Shown here piece by piece: positions 51,690 to 64,000 of a stretch of DNA of 64,000 nucleotides. The notes beneath the pieces were generated by a model that saw only the letters and a list, made by a program, of their open reading frames with translations, made no database searches and was not told the origin of the DNA. The translations under genes were made by a program, and so were the position numbers. How positions within the stretch are numbered: position 1 is the first letter of the stretch; each line of letters opens with the position of its first letter. Source of the DNA: Octopus vulgaris (Eukaryota); assembly GCA_951406725.2 (NCBI GenBank), contig OX597816.1, positions 120,218,001-120,282,000 on the forward strand, given 5' to 3'.

Positions 51690-52800
51690 TCGGTGAGGAC
51701 TATATGTCCTCCAAAGCCAAAATGCTGATGTTGACCAAGACACAACCCATCAGTAGCTGAAGAGTTCAGGATTGAAAGCAGAGACTAAAGGCTTCGTACT
51801 GACGGCATAAGACCAAAGTTTGTTATCAGAAATTACCAGAAAAATATTCTTAAACATGGAACAGACCTCAAAATGCAGATTATGCAACAAGTTTGATGAA
51901 ACAAGAAACTATCTTGCTTCGGGTTGTTCTGTGTTAAGACTAAAAGGATACTAAAATCACCAGGATAGAGTAGAACAATATTTACAACATATGCAAGTAC
52001 TACCAAATCGACACTCCTGCTAACATATGTAAGTACTACCAAATCAACCTTCCTGCTAACACCATCCTGAGCCAGTTGTTGAAGGAGAAAACATTACCAC
52101 TCACTGGGATTTTCCTGATAGTACTTACGGAACAATCCAGGATAATCGACCAAACATAATTATTAAAGACAGGAAAGAAAAACGTACTAATAGATGTAAG
52201 TGTACCCACTAATAATATATCTGTTGAGGAATTTGACCAACTCAGTAAATATAAAGATCTAGAAATTGAAATATGACATCATAAAGCGAAAACCGTTCCT
52301 GTTATTGTAGGCATCCTGGGTTTGATAAAAAAGGGATAAAAAACATCTAAATAACGTCCCAGGAGATCCATCTTTCAGAAGAATCCAAGCGATTGTGCTG
52401 ACAAGCATCTCCTATATCCTTAGAAAGACCCTATTAATTTAAATTAAATGTTTTGTATTAAAGTGTTCATGTAATACACTTATAATTAAAATTAGATATA
52501 TCTATAATTAAATTAGATTCACTTTAATTTCAAATTAATAATGCAATCATAATGTTTATATTGTTTAAACCTATCTTTTTATTATCTTTCATTATACATA
52601 ATAATAATTAAAAAAAATCTATTGTGTTGTATGAAAGTATTTCTGTACAGTCCTACTCACTTTCTCTTCCCAACCTTTCAATTACATCTTTAATATCTGT
52701 TAACCTTCACTTGCTCTAGGTCGCTGGGCTTGACCCGGCAAGTGATCGTATCAAAACCGCAGATTATAATAAAAATAATGATGATGATGATGATAATAAT
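51690..52800 (+). mobile_element. Third R4/Dong-like RLE retrotransposon 3' fragment
   Basis: LKSSGLKAETKGFVLTA*DQSL, KCRLC, NRPNIIIKD, IDVSVP, KYKDLEIE, VPVIVGILG and ILRKTL. The 3' UTR ends in (AAT/GAT)n. Internal 36-bp duplication near 51990-52060. Confidence 0.8.
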
Positions 52801-53035
52801 AGAAGTGTATTGAAAAAGTAAAATAAATAAACAGATAAACCTATAAACTCCAGTACTAAAAGATACTGTAAAATAAAATATTCGAAAAGAAAAAAATTAC
52901 GATCTAGACTGAAGTTACGAGAGACTTAGCAATTAGTTTATCTATCAGTTATTAAAATATATAGATTATATATTTTACACTCAGTTTGTTCTGTGTGTAT
53001 ATTCGGCTTACATACAAACAAACAAACGAACATGC

Positions 53036-53066
<31 letters not shown>

Positions 53067-53539
53067 TGTATGTATGTATGTATGTATGTATGTATGTATA
53101 CTGAAGCCACTTGATAATCTCCAAGTGTCTTTCGAAAGGTAAAAGTATCAGCAATTTTCATACATTAAACTATTTGCTTATCTTGACTCAAAGCTAGCTA
53201 TAAATTTATAGGAAAAGTGATAAGAAATATACGTGGTAAGAAGTTTGCTTTTCAACTACATGGTTCTGAGTTCAGTCCCACTGCATGGCACGTTGGGAAA
53301 CTGTCTTCTAGTATAGCCTCAGGCCAACCAAAGCCTTGTGAGTGGATTTGGTAGACAGAAACTGAAAGAAGCTCTTCGTACACACACACACACACACATT
53401 ACGGAGATGTACTTGCATAGCCAATGACTTGATCTGAGATCGTGTGCTGAAACAAAAACAAATGCAGCGTGGAGGGTGTTTATAAACCATTTGGAAAACA
53501 CACAAAAACCATTAAATTCATTTCAACATTCAAATTTAA

Positions 53540-53590
53540 TTTGTCAAAATATTTTAGTTGCTTTGAAACCGCGACCTGTTCACTGACAAA
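53540..53590 (-). ncRNA. Hammerhead-like motif, G3-C8 core variant, G12 position mutated
   Basis: Minus strand uuuguca-GUGAACA-g GUCGC gguuucaaa GCAAC-UAA-AAUAUU-U|ugacaaa. Stem I has 7 bp and stem III is palindromic. Confidence 0.45.
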
Positions 53591-53597
53591 ATTCCGT

Positions 53598-53719
<122 letters not shown>

Positions 53720-54005
53720 CATATATTGTGAAGGAGCATGGTTCAGTGGTTAGAGCGTCGATCTTACGATCGTAGGTTGTTAATTCGATTCCCGGACCGG
53801 GCTGCGTGTTGTGCTCTTGTCTTGAGCAAGACCCTTTATTTCACGTTGCTCCAGTCCACTCAGCTGTAGAAATGAGTTGCGACGTTACTGATACCAAGCT
53901 GTATCAGCCTTTGCCTTGGATAACATCAGTGGCGTGGAGAGGAGAGGTATGGGTGACTGCTGGTCTTCCATGAAAAACAATCCTAGGTTGTGCGTTCGCC
54001 GGTGA

Positions 54006-54231
54006 GGCGGCGAGCTGGCAGAAACGTTAGCGCGCCGGGCGAAATGCGTAGCCGTATTTCATCTGTCGTTACGTTCCCAGTTCAAATTCCGCCGAGGTCG
54101 ACTTTGCCTTTCATCCTTTCGGGGTCGATAAATTAAGTACCAGTTACGCACTGGGGTCGATGTAATCGACTTAATCCGTTTGTCTGTCCTTGTTTGTCCC
54201 CTCTGTGTTTAGTTCCTTGTGGGTAGTAAAG

Positions 54232-54235
<4 letters not shown>
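54006..54235 (+). mobile_element. Young-looking family A SINE with an L1/Tx1-type 3' tail
   Basis: Head ggcggcgagctggcagaaacgttag, agttcaaattccgccgaggtcgactttgcctttcatcctttcggggtcgataaa core, and tail ...ccttgtgggtagtaaagaaat. Confidence 0.85.
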
Positions 54236-54288
<53 letters not shown>

Positions 54289-54705
54289 CATATACACTCA
54301 CACACACACACACATATATATAGCTTTATATCTATCTATGTGTGTGTGTGCGTGCGCGCGCGTCTTTGAGTCTGTGTTTGTCCCTCATCACCGCTTGACA
54401 GCTGGTGTTGGTGTGTTTACGTCCCCGTAACTTTGCAGTTCGACAAAAGTGTTCGATAGAATAAGAACCAGGCTTAAAAAGTGTACTGGGGTCGGTTAGT
54501 TCGACTAAAATTTTTGAAGGCTCTGCTCCAGCATGGCCGCAGTCTACATACTGAAACAAATAAATGGTAAATGGTACACTAAAATTCTATAACACCATCG
54601 GTGCATAGAAAAAGTTTCGTGATTACTCCATTATTTCAAGTAATTTACCCCCCGCTAATTTTTCACCCGCCTTTTCCTTAAGGGTTAACTTGAACAACAA
54701 CGAAA

Positions 54706-54757
<52 letters not shown>

Positions 54758-56097
54758 ACTACTACTGTTGCTGCTGGGATATAAAATTAATTAGTAGATG
54801 TTATGAAGAATTAATGTAAAATGGTATGAGATAAGGCGAAGTTTCCTTTCGGTTGTTACCTAGATGCAACGTGAGATCAGTCTCATTTTAATTCTGGCAC
54901 GTTTATTTTTTAAAAAGGAATGGTAAACAAATCAAATAATACGTCTCGATTTACATGCAAAGCCATCAGACATTGGCTAGATAACATGAAGCATCTCATC
55001 TACTCTGTTGTGTCTGAAGTAAACTCCGTGACTTTATTTCATAAATACACAACAATTTATTGGTTTGAATTCAATTATATTTTTAAGCTCATACACGTAC
55101 GCACATACAGATTCAGATATAGACGTATACTTGTAAATACGCGGCAAGGAAATATTTCGTAAAGTTTTTATTTGTATTTAAAGAAAAACTAATGTTAAGA
55201 TATCGCTAAAAGATTTAATTAATGGGATTCACAAACGATCGTACATTAAGAAATATTGTTATGAATAACATAAATTGATTAATGTGCTTTGGTTTCAGTT
55301 AGTGTTTTCCGTCACTAGTATTTCTTCCTTCATTCAAATTTCTTTCAAATCTTGATGTTTATTAAGGTCAGATTGTCGGTAATAACAAACATGTTAAATC
55401 AGTATAGACATAAAATATAAAATACATATTAAATTGATCAGTTTATATCTGTTTATAGATATCTTATCACATCCGCTTTCCTACAATTTAGTTTATGAGA
55501 ATTATATAACGGATCTGGCCGTTGCTCTTAAATAATTTATTATACATTTGAATGCTAGAAATCAGCTTTAGTTGATTATTTGCTTTATTAATTGGTTGAA
55601 GATGACCATCGAAGTAACCAGCTGAACTACAATATCTTTGACATACACGAGACTCTAGGTTCAAATAATGCTTTCTATCGTTGTTGTTATGTAACAACTG
55701 GAAAGCCCAAATCAAGAGGAAACGAGCCACAAATTCACCTTGCCAGTCATATCATGCTTCCGTCTAACTAAATACTATAACGGGTACTGTGCAATGTGCC
55801 ATTCAATATATTGCATTCTCTCTGTTGTGCAGCCTATTTTTATACACTGATAGACTCCGGTGGTGGCTACAGCAGAGGCGGGTTAGGTGACTTGCAATAG
55901 TTGCTGTTGTTCGCTTATTGTTGGTAGTGTGCATCTACCCAAAGTGCTTGGAGCGAGTGAAACTAATGCTGTTACAACTAATTCTGTTCAAATGTGTTCC
56001 TTATGCTTGCTTGGGCTGAGTGTGTGGTTTGAGGATGATGTTGAAGTTCTGAGGTGTTGTATATGTGTATACTGTTTAAAACAGATATATATGTATG

Positions 56098-56133
<36 letters not shown>

Positions 56134-56145
56134 GTGAGGTATACT

Positions 56146-56353
56146 TGCCATCTCAATATGGCTAACCACTAAGGGTGGGTGTTACTGTTGCTTGTAGCCC
56201 CAGGAGAACATCGTCTCCAGCTGGCTTTAGGCACACTTTCTGTGCCCTTATGGTATTTGCAAAGGGAGGTCACCCTTCCCTCGTCAACCTAAGTGATACG
56301 CACGGACTGCAGTTTCTAGGTTTTGACCTGTCTCGTTCAGAGATTTATTATTG

Positions 56354-56355
<2 letters not shown>
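56146..56355 (-). mobile_element. Diverged partial relative of the 360-bp retrozyme-like unit, inside (TA)n
   Basis: Colinear blocks gccatct.aatatggcta, ggtgttactgttgc.t.tagccccagg.gaacatcg, tgccct.a, tgcaaagggaggt and cacggac. Remnant hammerhead AGG ucaaaa CCU a-GAA-ACUGCAGU-C-cgug at ~56299-56335. Confidence 0.75.
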
Positions 56356-56411
<56 letters not shown>

Positions 56412-56593
56412 TAAAATGGTCATTGTCACCTCAAGAATTATAATTTCAGTTACTGTGTTGTGTTGCTGGTGTAGTAACGTCTTCTATGTACCAATGAATG
56501 TCATTTGCAATATTTACATATCAAATGCAATGCTTTATGTTATAAACATAATACTTTATGTTATAAGCTATAATCGTTTTGAAGGTTTCTATT

Positions 56594-56844
56594 TATTGGG
56601 TTGGTGCATAATTATTGCGGCTTTTTTTTCAACAAATTTTATTCAACAAAAACAGTAACAATATTCCACAAAAAGTCATTAAATGACAGTCTGACCGTCT
56701 GCCAAGCAAATGGGAAACAGTAATTGAAGTAGATGGTGAATATGTTTCGGATTAATAATTTAAAGATGATTTTGTTACATGTTATTGTTTTTGTTCAATA
56801 AAATTTGCTGAAAAAAGCCGTAATAATTATGCCTCAACCCAATA
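56594..56844 (+). mobile_element. mariner-derived MITE (deletion derivative) with TA TSD
   Basis: TIRs ttgggttggtgcataattattgcggctttttt / aaaaaagccgtaataattatgcctcaacccaa, flanked by TA. Internal DRLPSKWETVIEVDGEY is a mariner C-terminus. Confidence 0.85.
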
Positions 56845-59499
56845 GTTAAGTCTGAGTTGTAGTATTGAGAATGATTTTTAAATTATTGTTACAAGAATGG
56901 TGGACGAGATTATAAAATATTTTAGTTTTACGCAGTATTTTTAAATCTTTTTTTCTATAGAGTTTACAAAGATTATTGTTGTGTGTGAAACGTATTTTTT
57001 AATGAATTTTATTCGTGCTTGTGATGTTGGGCTGGAAGACAACGATGAATTTCTGGTTCTGTCGCTGCTACAGTACTGTTATTGTGGTTGCCGACATTAT
57101 AATTTTCCAGTAATATCGTTAATTTTACTGGCGTATTTTTAAATGGTGCTGTTTGATCGTGTTTGTGTGAGCATTTTATCTTTATAGGTATTTTAGTGTC
57201 CACTTCAGGCATGTTCGTTAGCTTGTCATATCCTAACAGTTGACACATCTGAAAATATTTCTGACATTTGAAAAAAATTTCGTTCGACTGGTATTCCAGC
57301 CGTGACCAGCCATTGCGTTATATTTAGTATTGATTTCAAATTTTGCCTCAAGACCAGCAATTGTGGGGGAGAGGGGAATCGATAACATCGACCCAGTGCT
57401 CAACTGATACTTATTTTATCGACTGCGAAGGGAGGAAACGAAAAGTCGACCTGGGCGGAATTTGGACCGAGCACGAAAAGAGGGACGAAATGCCGCTAAG
57501 CATTTCGCCCAGCGTGCTAACGACACTGCTAGCTCACCGAATTGTATTAAGTATAATATTAGTTTATCCTTTATATCGAACCATTAAAAAAAAAAAAAAC
57601 GGTAGACTAGTATTTGAAGAAGATTTGACTCTAATTTTCGTTCTGGTCGAACGACTGAACAAAGGTTCCCTTGTTGGAAATTTCTTGAATTAATTTCGAA
57701 TAGTAAAAAATCCCCTTTCTTTAATCCGGCTGGGAATATACCATTTGTTTTAAGCATCTCTTATGTGACACGAAGTTTACAAGTATTACTTTACTACATA
57801 AAAAGATTTCTACTAATATTTCTCTTCCTAAGGATGAGTATTATCTTTAGAATAGTTACTGGTGTGGAAACAAGTTTAGTTTGTAAGTAAACAACCATCT
57901 GGGTTTCCTTTGATATTGACAAGTTGATGTATAACCATTAACGTCAATAGAACGCATTTCAAACATTGTCTCTACATCGCTAGTTGTTTGTGATTTGTTT
58001 TTCTAAAGTTTTGTTTAAAAAAACTCTAAGCCATATCTTCAGATCAAACTAAAAAAAGTTATACACAATCACAAAACTAAGTAATATTTTCATACAATAC
58101 TTAGCGTTTGTAAGTGCAGTTACAATTCTTATTTATTTTCAATAATTTGTTCGTACTTTTAATCTAATTGCGCTCTTTCATTTCTAAATGAATCTGATTT
58201 ATTTCCGTCTGTTTTAACTTTTGATTGTTATATAAATTGTATTGATGAAATAGTAGCTGTTTTGATTCACTACAGATAAATGTAGCGATATCATAAACAC
58301 TTTTAATTTTTTTAGAAAGCAAACTTTTAGTATTATATTCAGAAACGGTTGATTATTAGGAATAATCTATTTTGAAATCGATTATTTTCCTTCTTCTCCC
58401 CCACTTTCCCTCCCACACTCTCTCTCTATATAAACTAAACAACAACAAAAAGAACAACTATATGTATATATGTATGTATTAGTAATAAGTATGATACAGA
58501 ACGAGAGTTATACATATTGAAATATTTAACCAGAATAAATCTGTAATTTGTATTGCATAGTTGATGCTACGTCTCCGCTTGGCTTAATCCTGTAGCTTAT
58601 AAATTACCTTTTACTTGGTCTGAACGCATCGTTGAGATATGCTGGTTTAGGTTTTACTTGTTAGAAATGAATTGTAAAAAGTTAATGGAAGACTGTAAAG
58701 GAGCAAGTGACAGACTTACGACGGCATGAGTCAATCTACCCAAATATACAATTGTAACAAATACCAAAGTTTATGCACCAGAGGGTATTAAAACACAAAT
58801 CCTGTGCTTTTCTAAATTAGGTACTACAATATCTAATGGGAGATTTTATTTTTAAGATTAGATGAGATTTTAGAGAGATTTGGCTGCTATCTTCAGCAGA
58901 TTGAAAAACCAGATGGAAGTTACCTGATCTCAGGGAGGTTTTCACCATTGTGAATGTGCATGCCATAGTAGTTAGGATGTTCGGCTTAGGAGCATAACTC
59001 TGTGGGTTTAATTCCTGAACCGGTTGGCACGATATGTTCTTGGCCAAGGTGCTTCATTTTACATTCATCTACCCTACTCAGCTGTAATGTGGACCAGCCA
59101 AGAAGTTTTGGGTTCGATCTCACTGTGCTACGTTTTGGGAAAATGTTTTCTAGTGTAACCTAGTGTCGATCCAAGCCTTGTAAAGAAAATTGGGTAGACG
59201 GAAACTGTGTAGAGCCCGTCGGTTGGATTCTACTTGTAATTCAAAGACCAGCCTTATCACATATGTCACACAAATTTGGCCCGAGAATTGTGTTAAGGTT
59301 TTAAGAAAAAAAAATCCCACTAACAAAAGAATCTGTCAGAAGACCTGGATACTCAATTTGGCTTCCGAATTTCAGTGGTCTTCTTTCGTCCGGCTTATAT
59401 AATCAGTTGAAAAGAAGAAAGTAACATTTGTATTGGCTATGGGAAGCAGTAGTAAGAATATCTCGTACCGAAGATGTTGCATTGTCAATTCTGTAGAAG

Positions 59500-61460
59500 T
59501 TCCAATATCATTAGATAGTGAGCATTGTGCAAAACCACGCAACGATGCTACTGATTGTCTATCCTTTGAAATCTCACTTATTCATACAGTGGATTTGTTG
59601 CGGTTATTTTCACATTAACGACTTATGAACAACTATTGCTATCTCGGGCGAACAGGCGTAATTGAAAGTGTAAGCCAAGTCAGTAATGTGTTGCTATTGA
59701 TGGCGTGCTGTTGGATTAATATAATTGGACATTATTAAGTACATCTAGAAGTACTCAAGAATCAGAGAAGTCATGGATTTTGTGATTTACTTAACTACTT
59801 TTCTGATAATGATATTGTGCTCTTCAACTTGGTTATTGCCACATGGGTATAATTTTGTATGTTTTAACTACTCCTTTATTCAAATTATCATTTACATCTT
59901 TTGTGAGCCATCAGGCTGAATATATCTTCACCACTATCAGAGTGAGTATATCCATCGGTGCCATTGTATCAAGATTTTATCTATACATATTATAACAGTG
60001 ACAAAACTGATATTTGGAAATGGTATCGCAAAAGTAAAACCTTGGAATTCATCAATGGTCGCAAAAAGATACTTGCAAAATAATGATGATGTAAATGGCT
60101 CTTTGAAGTCGACACTAAAATTCTCCATAGTAGCTTTGATCGGAATACTTTCTAATGGACCAAATAATCGAGGCTTGTGTTCGACATACAATTAACAAGA
60201 TCAGGCATTTTTAACATCATCAATAGAAAAGGGCAGATTTTTAGATCGCACAAAATAAGTATTGTCATTATTCATGAGTGGTACAATTCTTGAATTTCAG
60301 ATGCTTGGAATGGTAACAATATCGCATCCAAATCAAGAATTAATGTGTAAAAAAAATATTTAGGCACGGCATGCCATTTCGTGTCATTTTTTTTTATTTA
60401 ATTTTAGTGTACTTAATTATAATCCCGCATAAAGTCAACTGATCGTTGTTCAGTCATGAAAATAAAATGGCGTCCAGCAAGATGATCCCATTTACAAACA
60501 TCCTCCATAATTACAATGGCTTCTTCATTGATAACCGATTTACTGTTAGATAGATGTTTTGATATGAAAGCAACTACCTTGTCTCTTTGGTTTAGAATAA
60601 CTGAAACGGCAACATTAGACACAATGTCAATTTTCATCATTAGCTATTAAGGCAACATTCTGTCGATTCTTATTCTAAGTATTAAATGCATTAAAGGATA
60701 TGACAGTATTTCTGATAAAAGTTTAATTTTATTTGACAATTTATAGATCAATTTTACATAATGAGCACGCATGCTAAGAGTTCTGCGAAGAGACAAGTTT
60801 TGATGGCAATAGCAGCGTAAGTAAAAGATGTAATCTTCCAGGATGAGGCTGAACAAAATCGTTCCCAATACAATAGGTAAATATGTTGTTAATACTTATC
60901 GGTATAACAAATTTGGAATCATTCTGGGCTAAGTTTCTTTTTTGCACATTCAAATCATGTTCAAGTTTGTCTGTTCTATCTATCTATTAACACATTATCA
61001 AGGTATGAGAGGTTTATCTATAGCCGTATGAAAACAAGAAACACCCTTCGTAACACACTCATATGCACATACGCACGCGCGCGCGCACACACACACACAC
61101 ATACACACACACACAAACTAGATAAAACTGAATCTACTTTAAAATGAGTGAGCTTCTTATCTTACTCTCACATAGGTATTTAGCGGTATACACTCTTAAG
61201 GTCAAAGATAGAGAAAAACTTATTATCTGAACGCTTACTGATGTTATTATCAATATGGGAGTGGATATGTATCGAAGTCAATGGTCAAAATTATTGTTTG
61301 AGACTAATCAACACAAAATCATTTCACGTGCCAGTTATGTTCATTCTTGCTTACCAGGGACTACGGATTCAGGAAGTGGAGGATTATAGCACCCTCGCAA
61401 CATTTTAGTAAAAAATATCACAGATGTACTCTAGCAATCGTTACATTGATTGGTAACTTC
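59500..61460 (-). mobile_element. Ty3/Gypsy LTR-retrotransposon pol remnant (RT-RNase H-integrase order)
   Basis: Minus strand SPW, DTYPLP, DLKSVY and YLDNV (RT); SNVAVSVILNQ..VAFISK..GRHFIFMTEQRSV (RNase H, ORF 60413..60640); IKATMENFSVDFKEP..KYLFATIDEF (integrase, ORF 59937..60191). Confidence 0.85.
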
Positions 61461-62099
61461 AAATCCTGCACTAACGTCATGTAGAAGAGAAAGCTTCTCC
61501 CCGATAGCTAATCACCACTAGCAAACCACGTATATGTCTGAAATATTTTCGCGCAAGTTATCTTATAAGTAATGAAGTTAGTAGCAAAGAATAACGAAAT
61601 ATGCAAAATTTTGCAGTTTCAGCCAGAAGTTGTGGTGATGCTAGGTCACCGCCATTAATTATTATTAACATTACCATGTTAGGAATCGAGCTCGGGCCGC
61701 GTGTATGAAAACCCTTACTGCCTTTTTAAAGTTGTGTCAAGTAGACTCAGACGACAAAGTCTTCATTTTTATGTAAGATTAATGCAGCTGAAATTTAGGT
61801 TCGGATCTTTTCTACCAAAAATCCACAACTAGGTAGAGAAAAACCAAAAATTAATGACATCAAAGAGTAAGAGTCGAACGAAAATGATACGCCCAAGTCA
61901 GTCTCTCTGAAGCCTTGAAAAAGAACTCTCCTCGTCAGTATAAATAACATGACGGTTAATTTTATAGAGCGATCAATTTTGCTTTGCTGATACAGCATAT
62001 CACTATTTTTCGCAGGTTCTTTCGCTTTAGAAAGCTGCAAGTTAGTTTGTTCTGTAGTATTTATATTATTGTTTTAATAATTTAGGTGATTAGTTGGTT

Positions 62100-62300
62100 T
62101 TATCTTTTATATAAAATAGACCTGTATGTGTATTCGCTTTTCACGCGAAACGGCTGCGCGAATTGCTTCCATACTTGGGATGCGTGATTAATTTGACACC
62201 GGATACATGATGAGCCTTTCAGTTAATTTTTTTTATTAAAAATAAATAATATTGCTTTATATATATATGATTCACTTCTTTAAAAAGGTTTCTGTATGTC
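62100..62300 (+). mobile_element. Possible non-autonomous Helitron-like 5' end
   Basis: atcttttatataaaa...tcacgcgaaacggctg..cgaatt resembles the 5' ends of non-autonomous Helitrons. No 3' CTRR hairpin was identified. Confidence 0.3.
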
Positions 62301-62706
62301 AACTTCCGGTATTCATGTAACAACGACGAAATTTTCCGTTTTCATTTGCTAAACCTCTCACTCTCAATCTTAATGTTTTCATTTCAAGTTTTAATTCGCT
62401 ATTTGCAAACAACTACGCTAAATTACTGAAAGAAGATATTTTTACTAAGTTCACAAATTTCACTTGAACCCGCACAATTCATTAATTTCCGTAAAAAGTT
62501 TTTATTTATTTAATTTTTGCTCACCGTGTTCAGCCCTATGTATTTGTAGTCAGTTATATGCACTCACGTGTGTTTTTGTATGTACGTTTGTATACATTCA
62601 TGTATGTGTGTGTGTGTGTGAGAGAGAGAGTGAAGGGGTATGTTGTCATGTATACGTACATACATAAATACATATGCATACATCATTTTTGTATATATGT
62701 GTGTGT

Positions 62707-62746
<40 letters not shown>

Positions 62747-62763
62747 TGTCTAAGTGGCTCTCT

Positions 62764-62799
<36 letters not shown>

Positions 62800-62839
62800 G
62801 CATACATACATACATACATACAAAAAAGATGCATGCATA

Positions 62840-63122
62840 TTTATTCCCCAGACCTTTCTCCTACCGACTACCATTTTTTCAAGCCCCTTGATGGTTTCCT
62901 GCGAGAGGAGTTCAAAATCAAACCGATGCTGAAAGTGCGTTCAAAGAGTTCATCAGCTTCAAAACTCCAGATTTTTATGTTACGGAATAAACAAACTTGT
63001 AACTCGTTGGCAAAAATGTGTTGATTGCAATGGTACTTTGATGAATAGAATTTCCGCACTGTTGAAATATATTATGATGAATTTCATGTTTCAAAACGTT
63101 GCTTACTTTTTACTCAGCCTGA
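62840..63122 (+). mobile_element. mariner 3' fragment
   Basis: YSPDLSPTDYHFFKPLD...LVTRWQKCVDCNG, followed by TIR-like ttactttttactcagcctga. Confidence 0.8.
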
Positions 63123-63559
63123 TCAATTTTTCTTAGGAGGGCATAAATATTTTTGAAGAGGCAGGGAAGAACCTGAATGTAAACGAGACGCAAGGAATTT
63201 ATATCGTAAATTGGTAACGTTGGAATAAGCTATTTTAACAATTGTCTTGGAAATGGTTTTGGTGCATTTTAACAAAACAAGTGAGAAACTCCAAACCCCT
63301 GTTTTAATGTGTTTGAAGCTGATCTTCTGTTATTATCTTTAAGTTTGTTTGTTAAAGAACCCGCAAAATAAAACTTCAGACGACAGAGCAAAAGGTTTGT
63401 GTAAAGATATCATCACAAACTGTTCTGATGATTTCAGACTTATTGTTACAAAGAAGTTTTCATTTGGACCAGGTGGTACTACTTCTTTGAGATCAACTAA
63501 GAAATTTAGAACAAGTTCGAAATCAATTCTATAATTGCCTGGTAATCCAACTGAGCAGA

Positions 63560-63960
63560 TTGCGAAAAGTTTAAGTTTCTCTCAAAATTAGTAATAATTA
63601 GATATATATTGATTACAAATTAGTTTAATGAATTTTGTCACTTTAGAGAATATTCGAGTTTAAGGAAATCTCAGAACACTGAAGAAATCGTATTATCTAA
63701 AATGCAATGCATAAAAGTTCTGCTTATTTGTAAACTACACCTAATTGAAGTGTTCCCAATAGTACTGCTGCACTTAAAAGCTGTACTTGGAAATACCTAT
63801 CACGAGTTGTGAAGCAGAAAGGAATTTTTCAAGCTATTCTTTTTAAAGAATAGATTTTGGTCTACCATGACTGAAGAGTGCTTAAATTCTTTGCCGATAT
63901 TGTCTCTAGAAAATGACATTACAAGGAAGTTCTCATATCACAAAATTGTGAATATGATGC
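63560..63960 (+). mobile_element. hAT transposase C-terminal dimerization-domain remnant
   Basis: PITSCEAERNFSS...NRFWSTMTEECLNSLPILSLEND matches the hATC motif (S..ER.FS...R..M..E.L..L.ILS.E). Confidence 0.75.
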
Positions 63961-64000
63961 AATAAAAAAAAGAATATTTTGTGAAATGTGATTCATGAAG

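Noticed and set aside
55488-55730. 80-aa ORF in non-repetitive sequence
   Set aside because: No domain similarity or clear splice context.
57009-57248. 79-aa minus-strand ORF after a ttttcag acceptor, ending at AATAAA
   Set aside because: No recognisable homology. Such signals arise by chance in AT-rich DNA and would need RNA evidence.

Overview
AT-rich, microsatellite-saturated metazoan non-coding DNA. The mix of tRNA-derived SINEs, (TA)n/(CA)n/(CATA)n tracts and decayed transposons looks like an octopod cephalopod genome; this is an inference from repeat content, not a database match. No intact host protein-coding gene can be supported. Nearly all listed ORFs are microsatellite translations or decayed transposon fragments: Tc1/mariner (maT, mariner, rosa-like), hAT, Helitron helicase, R4/Dong-like RLE LINEs, L1/Tx1-like LINEs and Ty3/Gypsy pol. 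The main unexplained structure is a near-identical 358-360 bp tandem array at 37759-39918, about 6 units in two inverted blocks, inserted in (TA)n. Every unit carries a type I hammerhead ribozyme motif with an atypical CCGAUGA core and a palindromic stem III, so the array is a candidate non-LTR retrozyme that could produce circular RNA. A diverged relative at about 56.15-56.35 kb shows compensatory change in stem III. About eight further hammerhead-like motifs lie in short Penelope-like, microsatellite-flanked elements, and they include U3-A8 and G3-C8 core variants. The window also holds several long inverted repeats, two TTAGGG-containing MITEs with 8-bp TSDs, and an ORF1-only (HAL1-like) retroelement that shares its 3' tail with a SINE. 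All calls were made by eye, and transposon boundaries are approximate unless a TIR or TSD is cited.
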